This document shows, piece by piece, positions 57,701 to 64,000 of a stretch of DNA of 64,000 nt. Every line of letters begins with the position of its first letter. The first letter of the stretch is position 1. This stretch comes from an uncultured Verrucomicrobiae bacterium (GTDB lineage Bacteria > Verrucomicrobiota > Verrucomicrobiia > Limisphaerales > Palsa-1400), in contig CAWFAZ010000086.1 of the NCBI GenBank assembly GCA_963813995.1, positions 71,973 through 135,972 of the forward strand, given 5' to 3'. Under the pieces are notes generated by a model. The model did no database searches, was not told the DNA's origin, and was given only the letters and a program-made list of their open reading frames with translations. The translations under genes and the position numbers were made by a program.

Positions 57701-57991
57701 GGTGACGATCTGGCTTTGCAGATTGCTGAGGCCGAGCGATTTGAATTCAATGCCGTCGAATGAGACAAGGCCCGCGGCGGTCCCAAGCCACAGGTAGCCG
57801 TCGGCGGTTTGGGCGATGGCGTTGACGCCGCCGGCCGGGAGGCCGTTCTGGCCGGTCCAGGTCCTGCAATTGTATTGGAAGATGGTCTTTTCGGGGTCAA
57901 GCGCCAGGCAGCGGGACGCGGCGAGGCACAAGACGAGAGCGCCCCGGAGGAATGGGGATCCGGACCGAGACAGATGCGTATTTTCGCTCAC
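54710..57991 (-). CDS. Sensor histidine kinase: beta-propeller (Reg_prop) repeats + Y_Y_Y + TM + coiled coil + HisKA-like + HATPase_c; no adjacent response regulator
   Basis: The propeller units include DGYLWLGTAAGLVSFDG. The Y_Y_Y block is DLEFQYAGLSYIAPQRIHYRYRLEGYNKEWVDA. The TM segment is GWFIFLVIAAFIAVLSAIY. The H-box-like block is VATSVLHNVGNVLNSV, and the ATPase block is DTGVGI...GHGFGLHSGALAAREMGG. Confidence 0.85.
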   Translation of the reverse strand: MSENTHLSRSGSPFLRGALVLCLAASRCLALDPEKTIFQYNCRTWTGQNGLPAGGVNAIAQTADGYLWLGTAAGLVSFDGIEFKSLGLSNLQSQIVTSLSSSSAGGLWIGMEHGAFAYCDGQNITYQGSEAWGGVNLDVHSILETPDHAVWLAAETQCARLTRERLFQTISSTDTTAVMQDSKGRTWIGTAHRGLFWWENGVLRQFPGHAVDSQEIRALAVDKNGWIWIGTDWGPLCFDSNFLRKDFSFPWYPIRALLVDREGTLWMGTTGSGLIKYQNGTITSFRKQDGLADDKVAALAEDQEGNLWVGTQHGLSQFTDVKLPTFAKTEGVPAGVIIDVSASRRGGLWLATGNGFAYFDGKGSSTTTLLGLTNEYVNRVFEAKSADIYLINGYKDIEIFRGGKVLARYTNSDWPTTFGEDDTGVVVGIAKNLFRVGANYFSPFQFVGGQHPELGWIFNIAPGRDGGLWLATDAGICRIKDGAFKLWTANDGLPESHVVCVSEDNQGVVWAGLNKGIARLKNGKIVAVNRRQGLFDNIIHAILPDNHGHIWVDSSRGFFSFATRDFDEFASGKIDHLICADYTGLDGVKSSERLYQKDTGCRTLDGRIWFPTSEGVVMIDPDHMKTRSVPPRIYIQSTRVDGEELKPGGKTARPGKGDLEFQYAGLSYIAPQRIHYRYRLEGYNKEWVDADMRRSAFYTNLKPGQYRFLVQACNEDGVWSPASAAVDVELLPHFYQTGWFIFLVIAAFIAVLSAIYTWRLKHLTRKQEQLQKARDLLEIKVAERTLELRKEIEQRKRVQAEIENVHRELVDASRRAGQAEVATSVLHNVGNVLNSVNTSASVITGLMRGIPGDGIGKVTGLLEEHGDALGEFLSRDNRAASVINYLKSLDKHLAAQQATVMSELRDLGQNIEHINQIVAMQQSYATVSGAIEPQSLPALVEDAVRMHAAGFERHNVRIIREYDELPDIPLDKHKVLQILVNLISNARHSLCAKSVQQRLLTIGIHRNGDGFVRVSVSDTGVGIDPGNLTHIFAHGFTTRKDGHGFGLHSGALAAREMGGSLRAQSKGLGKGATFTLELPFHPAEHPAVAQTPV

Positions 57992-58099
57992 ACCGTTCCT
58001 GAGATAAGTTCTTATGGTTATCGGCGGAAATGACCTGCGGCTTAACTATGAACGATCTGTCTTGCCCGGCACATGGTGATGCGGTAATTTGCGGCTGTT

Positions 58100-59275
58100 A
58101 TGGATGATCAACCGCCACCGCATCAGCCGCCGCCGCCGCCAGCCGCTCCGCCTCCTCCGTTGGCGCCGCCGCCGATCATTTCCGCCCCGCGCGCCAGCCG
58201 GTCGGGCTGCAGTTCCGTCTGGAGAATTCTTGCCATCGTCTTTTTGGCGCTGCTTTGCCTGAGCCTTTTCAGCCGGGTGCTGGTCTTTTCCCATGCCGTC
58301 GCGCCCCGCGGCCGCGCGTTCACGGACCGGAGCCGCGCTTTGGAAGAAGTCGTGATTGAGCAGACTAATGGCGACAACAAAATAGCGGTCATCAGCGTGG
58401 ATGGCATTATCACGGACCGGAACGTGGATAATTCGAGCATGACCCAGGTGGAATTCATTTCCGAACAGTTGAAGACGGCCGAAAGCGACAAGTGTGTCAA
58501 AGCTGTCATTCTCAAGGTCAATTCCCCCGGGGGCGAAGTTCTGGCCTCGGACGACATCAATGCTGCGATCCAAAAGTTCCAGGAGAAGTCGCACAAGCCG
58601 GTGGTGGCCTCGATGGGCGCCCTGGCCGCATCGGGAGGCTATTATATTACCGCGCCATGCCGCTGGATCGTCGCCAATGAACTGACCATCACGGGCAGCA
58701 TCGGCGTGCTGATGGACACTTGGAATTACCGCGGATTAATGAACAAGGTCGGCATCCGTCCGCACGTCTTCAAGAGCGGCCGCTTCAAGGATATGTTGAG
58801 CGGCGAACAGGAGCCTGACACCGACAAGCTTTCGCCCGAGGAACAAAAAACCCGCCAGGAAGAGGACCGGATGGTGCAGTCGCTCATTGACGAAACCTAC
58901 AACAAATTCAAGACTGTGGTCAAAACGGGACGAACACATGCGGCCGACGAGAACGATGGCAAGGGCAAGGCCCTGGTGGAGAATTGGCAGGATTACGCCG
59001 ATGGCCGCGTTCTTTCCGGCCAGCGCGCCCTGGAACTGGGTTTCGTCGATGAACTGGGCAATTTTGACGTCGCCGTCAAGCGCGCCGAAAAACTGGCCAA
59101 CATCCCCGGCGCTTCGCTGGTTGAGTACCGCGTCCTTTTCGATTTTCAATCTGTTCTGTCGCATCTTTTTGGCAAGTCCGATGTCCCCGCGCTCAAGGTC
59201 GATTTGGGCATTGGCCCGCCGCAGTTGGAAGCCGGCCGGCCTTATTACATCCTGCCCACGGCTGTTTTGCATTGA
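58100..59275 (+). CDS. sppA: Signal peptide peptidase SppA (36K type, S49 family) with Pro-rich N-terminus
   Basis: VKAVILKVNSPGGEVLASDDI, VVASMGALAASGGYYITAPC and ITGSIGV are S49 blocks. The N-terminus is MDDQPPPHQPPPPPAAPPPPLAPPP, followed by a TM segment. Confidence 0.85.
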   Translation: MDDQPPPHQPPPPPAAPPPPLAPPPIISAPRASRSGCSSVWRILAIVFLALLCLSLFSRVLVFSHAVAPRGRAFTDRSRALEEVVIEQTNGDNKIAVISVDGIITDRNVDNSSMTQVEFISEQLKTAESDKCVKAVILKVNSPGGEVLASDDINAAIQKFQEKSHKPVVASMGALAASGGYYITAPCRWIVANELTITGSIGVLMDTWNYRGLMNKVGIRPHVFKSGRFKDMLSGEQEPDTDKLSPEEQKTRQEEDRMVQSLIDETYNKFKTVVKTGRTHAADENDGKGKALVENWQDYADGRVLSGQRALELGFVDELGNFDVAVKRAEKLANIPGASLVEYRVLFDFQSVLSHLFGKSDVPALKVDLGIGPPQLEAGRPYYILPTAVLH

Positions 59276-59420
59276 GGAGGCCGGCCGCGGGATGGGGCGC
59301 GCCGGAATGATGTTGCGTCCCCGCGCTGAAATTGTTTTGATCTCATCCAGATAAAAATGTCATCCGCCAAACCAAAAATACATCCGCCAAACTGACGCCT
59401 GCCGCGCCGTTTCATAAACC

Positions 59421-60551
59421 ATGAGCAAATCTGAAAATATATTGATCGTCGCGGACAGCGAGCACGACGCGAACATGCTCTACGCCGTCGGCATGTTCGT
59501 GCCTGATCCTTTCATCTATTTTCGTTGTGACGGCCAGTGCCACGTCGTGTTGAGCGATCTGGAGATTGACCGGGCGCGAAAAAATGCCCGGCATTGCCGC
59601 ATCCTCTCCTACAACCAATGCGTCGAAAAACTGCGCCGCCGGGTCAAGCGCCCCAGCCTGGCCGCCGTCATCAATTTGCTGATGCGCGAAAGGCGGCTGC
59701 GCAAAATTTTTGTTCCGGCCAATTTCCCCCACGGCCTGGCCCGCGAATTGCGCAATTACAAAATCAAACTCCGGGTCAAAAAAGGGGGCGTCTTCCCGCA
59801 ACGGGAATTCAAGCGGGCCGACGAAGTCAAAAAAATCAGCGCCGCCCTCATGATGGCCGAGGTCGGACTGGCCGAGGGCCTCTTTGCCTTGAAAACGGCC
59901 AAGGTGGGACGCGACCGGAAGTTGACTTATCACGGCGCGCCGCTGACCAGTGAAAAACTGCGCGCCGTCATTGACACCGCGATCCTCCAGGCCGGCGGCC
60001 TGGCCAGCCACACCATTGTCGCGGGCGGCCGCCAGGGGTGCGATCCGCATGAGCCGGGACACGGCGCCTTGCGCGCCCATGAACCCATCATCCTCGATGT
60101 TTTTCCGCGCTCGCAAAAAACCGGTTACTATGGCGACATCACGCGAACGGTCGTCCGGGGCCGGGCCAGCGAAGCCGTCCGCCGTTTATATGACACGGTG
60201 GCGCGCGGCCAGGAAATGGCCTTCGAGAAGATACTTTGCGAAGCGCGCGCGTCCGACATTCACCGGGCCATTCAATCTTTTTTTGAGAGCGAGGGCTACA
60301 AGACCGGCAGGAAAAATGGCCGCATGCAAGGCTTTTTTCACGGCACCGGGCACGGCTTGGGCATGGAAATCCATGAAGCGCCCCGCATCAGCCTCACCTC
60401 CAACGATATCCTCAAGACCGGCCACGTTGTGACGGTGGAACCGGGGCTTTATTACCCGCAAATTGGCGGAGTCCGCCTGGAAGATGTTGTCACCGTCACC
60501 CCCAACGGCGCGCGGAACCTGACCAAGTTCGAGAAGGTGTTGGAGGTCTGA
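59421..60551 (+). CDS. M24-family metallopeptidase (Xaa-Pro aminopeptidase-like)
   Basis: IILDVFPRSQKTGYYGDITRTVV, FHGTGHGLGMEIHEAPRI and VTVEPGLYYPQIGGVRLEDVV form the pita-bread metal-ligand pattern. Confidence 0.85.
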   Translation: MSKSENILIVADSEHDANMLYAVGMFVPDPFIYFRCDGQCHVVLSDLEIDRARKNARHCRILSYNQCVEKLRRRVKRPSLAAVINLLMRERRLRKIFVPANFPHGLARELRNYKIKLRVKKGGVFPQREFKRADEVKKISAALMMAEVGLAEGLFALKTAKVGRDRKLTYHGAPLTSEKLRAVIDTAILQAGGLASHTIVAGGRQGCDPHEPGHGALRAHEPIILDVFPRSQKTGYYGDITRTVVRGRASEAVRRLYDTVARGQEMAFEKILCEARASDIHRAIQSFFESEGYKTGRKNGRMQGFFHGTGHGLGMEIHEAPRISLTSNDILKTGHVVTVEPGLYYPQIGGVRLEDVVTVTPNGARNLTKFEKVLEV

Positions 60552-60614
60552 CATTTATTTTCTGAAGCGAAGAATGGCAAGAAACGCCAAATTGATAGAT
60601 AGGTCCAAAAAATC

Positions 60615-61957
60615 CATAAGCATTAACCTAAAGGCTTGCCAAATGGTTTGGACGGGCTATGCTGGGGAGCCATGAACAATGATGATTGCCTTCCAGAAGA
60701 TTGGGAGATTCTGCGCCGGTGGCTCCCCGAAGATCTCAATGCCCGGGCCAAACGATTTGACTTTTTCCAGCGGACGCGGGGCTTGACCGACGGTGAGCGG
60801 TGGTTGCGGTTAATCCTCATGCATGTGGCCGGCGGACTGTCTTTGGAACAAACCGCCTTGCGGGCCAGGGAATTGGGGCTGGCCAGCATCAGCGGGGTGG
60901 CTTTGTTCAAGCGGTTGCGCAAGGCTGAAGCCTGGCTGGGAAGCCTCTGCCAACATTTGCTGGCGGAGCAGCAGAACCGTTTGGGCCAGTGCCTATGGCC
61001 CAGCCAATACCGGGTTCGAGCCATCAATGCGACGGACATCCAGGAACCCGGCAGTACGGGCAGCGCCTGGCGTCTGCACTACAGCATCACTCTGCCGGAA
61101 CTGGTCTGCGACCACTATGAAGTCACCGACCAGCATGGCGGTGAGAGCCTGGGGCGATTCCAGTTTAAAAAGGATCAACTCATCTTGGTGGATCGGGGCT
61201 ACAGCCGAGCGACTGGAGTGGCCAAAGTCCTGGAGAGCGGCGCGGCGCTGTTGATGCGCTGGCATACCACCGCGCTTCCGGTGCAGGATCCTCACGGCAG
61301 GGCGCTGGACCTGCTGGCACTTCTGCGGGGCTTGCCCAAACACAATTCGGATCATTGGAAGGTCCAATTTTTTCATCAGGGCAAGGTTTATCGTCTGCGC
61401 TTGTGCGCCATCCGCAAGAACCGGCTGGCGACGGAGCGGGCGCGGCGCCAAGTCTTGGACAATGCCCAGATTCATGGCTATCAGGCCAGTGCGGAAAGCT
61501 TGGAATTGGCCGAGTACGTCCTGGTGCTGACCACCCTGCCCAGAGAATTTACGGCCAGCCAGGCCCTGACGCTCTACCGCTGCCGCTGGCAGGTGGAACT
61601 GGCTTTCAAGCGCCTGAAGAGTTTGCTCTCAACTGGTCATGTGCCCAAAAGCAACGACCAGTCAGCCCGGGCTTGGATGCAAGCCAAGATACTGACGGCA
61701 CTGCTGCTGGAGCGACTGTTGCTGGAGGCAAAGATTTTTTCCCCCTGGGGATATGGCTTGCCAGAGTTTGAGCCGCTGGCGCGCCACGTTGGAGGCGCGT
61801 GACACATTATTGCAGGTGCTGGCACCGGCTTTGAGCTTGCCGAACTTTCTGCGGCGAGGCCCAGATATAGCAAGGGCCTGGCGAGTTCTGCGACCGCGCC
61901 GTCCAATGCAATTAATCCAAGTCGGCCAAATTTTGAATCGTTAGGTTAATGCTTATG
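60615..61957 (+). mobile_element. Complete IS4-family element (1343 bp) with 11-bp target-site duplication
   Basis: The 17-bp terminal inverted repeats CATAAGCATTAACCTAA lie at 60615-60631 and, as reverse complement, at 61941-61957. The flanking direct repeats are TCCAAAAAATC (60604-60614) and TCCAAAAAACC (61958-61968), which match at 10/11 positions. Confidence 0.8.
60672..61802 (+). CDS. IS4-family DDE transposase
   Basis: LILVDRGYSRATGVAKVL is the DDE D2 region, and LYRCRWQVELAFKRLKS is the IS4 Y-2-R-3-E-6-K signature. The ATG at 60672 is preferred to the TTG at 60636. Confidence 0.85.
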   Translation: MNNDDCLPEDWEILRRWLPEDLNARAKRFDFFQRTRGLTDGERWLRLILMHVAGGLSLEQTALRARELGLASISGVALFKRLRKAEAWLGSLCQHLLAEQQNRLGQCLWPSQYRVRAINATDIQEPGSTGSAWRLHYSITLPELVCDHYEVTDQHGGESLGRFQFKKDQLILVDRGYSRATGVAKVLESGAALLMRWHTTALPVQDPHGRALDLLALLRGLPKHNSDHWKVQFFHQGKVYRLRLCAIRKNRLATERARRQVLDNAQIHGYQASAESLELAEYVLVLTTLPREFTASQALTLYRCRWQVELAFKRLKSLLSTGHVPKSNDQSARAWMQAKILTALLLERLLLEAKIFSPWGYGLPEFEPLARHVGGA

Positions 61958-62017
61958 TCCAAAAAACCCGTAACACCGCAACAAGTGTTGATAGTCAACG
62001 ACTTAGCCGGTAACAAA

Positions 62018-63352
62018 AGGTTCCTCAACGTTTTCAGTGGAATTAAACATGGGGCAGGCGGAGTTTGCCGGCGACCAGATAGAGGATGGTGATCAGGTAA
62101 ACCGTGGAACGATAGCCCCGCGCCTTGCGCTTGACCGCGCTGAAGACGCTATTGAGTCCTTCCATAAAGGCGTTGGTCAGGCCCCATTTCCAGTGGGCCA
62201 GGATTCCGGCCAGATGGTTCTCCACCATGTTGGCCAGCTTGATCATCGCTCTGAAAACGTAGGATTTGTAAAACCGGGCCACCCATCGCACCCAGCGGCA
62301 CCAAACCTTAAAGCGCTTTTGGGCCACCATGGCGTTGGAGCTGCGATAGATGTCCTGCAGGACCAGGCGCATCTGATAAGCCTTGCCGGTGCAGAGATTT
62401 TTTTCTTTGATTTTGGCCAACCGGCTCTGTTCGTCCCGGTCGAGGTTTTCCGGGTTCTTGCGCCAGAGCCACTGGCTCTGGCGGAGGGACTCCCGCACGT
62501 CGTTGCCGCCCACGCTGAACTCCGCCCGACGCACTTGGTCAACCGACTTGTTGGCATTGGCCAGGACATGAAACTTGTCAAATACCACCTGGGCGTTGCG
62601 GCAGTTGTCTTTGACGCCCTTCTCGTAGCCTGCGCTCATGTCCATGCTCACTTGGGTGATGGCGTACTGGTGCCCATTGTGCGCCGCCAATGCCTGGACA
62701 AACGCTTGCCAAGTCTCGTGGCCGTGGCCTTCTGTAGCAAAGATCACCCGCTTGGCCACCAAATCAGCAAACACACTGATATACTCCTGGCCTTTGCGCA
62801 CGCCCATCTCATCGACTCCGACGCAGCACACGTTGCCAAAGTCGGCTTGGGCGTAAGCCCCATCCACATGCTTAAAGAGCATCCGCCACAGGCGCATGTC
62901 GCTCTCCCCGGTCACTTCGGCTACTTTGGCCATGGGCATCTCGCGCATCAGCAGCAGTGCGAACGCTTCAAACTCCTTGGTGAAGTGCAGGCTTAATCCT
63001 TCCCAGGGCGGACGCACCCGAAAGACATGGCCGCACTGGCGGCACTTGCCGCGCGGCAACCGGCAGGTGATCTCACAGCGATGTTGGAAGATATTGAGAT
63101 GGCGCCAAGTCAGCACTTCGGTATGGTCATAGCAAAAAACCAACCCTCCATCCTGGGGACAACGAAGCGAGTCCCATAAACGCGATGTTTCCTTGATTTC
63201 CAGGCAGACCGTTCCGCTGGCGGCGTCAAAGCGGCTCTCGACTACTTCCCAGTTCAAGCTCAAACCCAACAATTCATGAAATAATTTTTCAGGTGTCATC
63301 CCAAAAACTACCAAGACTCCACCTCTATTCCACTGAAAACGTTGAGGAACCT
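62018..63352 (-). mobile_element. Complete ISL3-family element (1335 bp)
   Basis: Perfect 26-bp terminal inverted repeats AGGTTCCTCAACGTTTTCAGTGGAAT lie at 62018-62043 and, as reverse complement, at 63327-63352. The flanking 8-mers (GTAACAAA / AACACGAG) do not match, so there is no evident TSD. Confidence 0.85.
62043..63299 (-). CDS. ISL3-family transposase
   Basis: MTPEKLFHELLGLSLNWEVVESRFD...LRCPQDGGLVFCYDH...CRLPRGKCRQCGHVFRVRPPWEG is the zf-ISL3 region. The DDE region is VGVDEMGVRKGQEYISVFADL... Confidence 0.85.
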   Translation of the reverse strand: MTPEKLFHELLGLSLNWEVVESRFDAASGTVCLEIKETSRLWDSLRCPQDGGLVFCYDHTEVLTWRHLNIFQHRCEITCRLPRGKCRQCGHVFRVRPPWEGLSLHFTKEFEAFALLLMREMPMAKVAEVTGESDMRLWRMLFKHVDGAYAQADFGNVCCVGVDEMGVRKGQEYISVFADLVAKRVIFATEGHGHETWQAFVQALAAHNGHQYAITQVSMDMSAGYEKGVKDNCRNAQVVFDKFHVLANANKSVDQVRRAEFSVGGNDVRESLRQSQWLWRKNPENLDRDEQSRLAKIKEKNLCTGKAYQMRLVLQDIYRSSNAMVAQKRFKVWCRWVRWVARFYKSYVFRAMIKLANMVENHLAGILAHWKWGLTNAFMEGLNSVFSAVKRKARGYRSTVYLITILYLVAGKLRLPHV

Positions 63353-63796
63353 AACACGAGAAGTAACAGATCGGTAACATGTTACTGGTTTTCGTCTTTC
63401 GCTTCCTCGTGAGCTGTATAAATTTAGCCATCTGAAGAGGGAATGGCAAGAACATGGGGGCAAGAACATACAATTGCCCCAAGCAGTTTTCACCCGGCAC
63501 TCTCCACTCGCCAGTCGCCAATTAAATGATAGAAGGTCCAAAAACGCACCCTGGCATCACACCCACCGCGTCCGCTCATGGCAACGGCGGCGTGGGCCAG
63601 GGCCAAAGCGAAGGAGAAAGCGGCCGCTCAGGCCGCCTGAATAAGCTCCCATCTGGCTTGATTCAACTTTTGGGCCAGACCTTTGTCCGTTCCTCCCCCG
63701 CTGCATACGATGGAAGGGAAGGTCACAATTATGCAGGGATATTCAAAGGATTTTCCTGTCTCCCATGTCGTATAGGAGGAGAATGAAAGGAACATT

Positions 63797-64000
63797 ATGC
63801 AACGATGGGCGGTGATAGCTGCGATTCTGCCTTGTTTGCTGCTGGTTGACTCGACTCACCTCGTCGCAGCCGAACCGGTTTTCCCCGGCGTGAATTGGGA
63901 GCGCGACACAAATGGCCTTTCACCGGAGACCGTCCGGGGAGTTGACGCATTCATGCATACGCTCGATACCACTGGCCTGATGGTTGTGAAGAATGGCCGC
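63797..64000 (+). CDS. Secreted serine-hydrolase/beta-lactamase-family protein, N-terminal fragment (runs off the window)
   Basis: The ATG at 63797 gives MQRWAVIAAILPCLLLVDSTHLVAAEPVFPGVNWERDTNGLSPETVRGVDAFMHTLDTTGLMVVKNGR. This is a signal peptide plus the usual opening of class-C-like serine hydrolases. The catalytic SxxK lies beyond the window. Confidence 0.45.
   Translation, partial: MQRWAVIAAILPCLLLVDSTHLVAAEPVFPGVNWERDTNGLSPETVRGVDAFMHTLDTTGLMVVKNGR

Noticed and set aside
58100-58200. Proline-rich N-terminus of SppA (PPPHQPPPPPAAPPPPLAPPP) as a possible separate feature or mis-start
   Set aside because: It is continuous in frame with the TM segment and S49 domain that follow, and no alternative start with better context is obvious. 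I treat it as a low-complexity cytoplasmic tail rather than a separate element.

Overview
GC-rich bacterial chromosomal segment. It most likely comes from a Verrucomicrobiota/Planctomycetota-type organism; this is inferred from a DUF1559/H-X9-DG prepilin-type protein, Y_Y_Y propeller sensor kinases, and a recurrent W...W...FY(R/Q) end-domain on secreted proteins. The window has four parts. (1) 1-12.2 kb holds housekeeping genes: a DinG-like helicase 3' end, a secreted GH9, ppdK, an SCO/CusF-like copper protein, a Tat-signal Fe/Mn SOD, a YggT-like membrane protein and an aldo-keto reductase. It also holds a decayed higB/higA-type toxin-antitoxin locus with a third, possibly HEPN-like, gene. (2) 12.3-34.8 kb and 42.2-47.7 kb form a large alpha-glucan (starch/glycogen) utilisation locus. 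It contains a GDE/GH15-like hydrolase, a secreted multidomain GH57, three GH13 enzymes, a 4x CBM20-like binding protein, a GH77 MalQ, an SLC45-type MFS transporter and a propeller sensor kinase with a NarL-type regulator. (3) 34.9-41.4 kb splits that locus. It is a type I-like restriction-modification operon made of a methylase fused to a single specificity domain and an HsdR-like nuclease-helicase. Between them sit a translationally coupled 52-aa ORF, a long DUF488 fusion protein and a 275-aa protein of no recognisable family. This is my best candidate for an undescribed defence-type system. (4) 47.7-63.4 kb is an accessory, decaying zone. It contains tRNA-Ser(CGA) with a 43-bp duplicated 5' half, a broken tyrosine-integrase remnant, a frameshifted GH10 xylanase, three complete IS elements (IS1182-like, IS4-like, ISL3-like) and a second propeller sensor kinase, with SppA and an M24 peptidase in between. 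No rRNA, CRISPR array or prophage structural genes were seen. All family assignments rest on motif recognition in the supplied translations, not on database searches.
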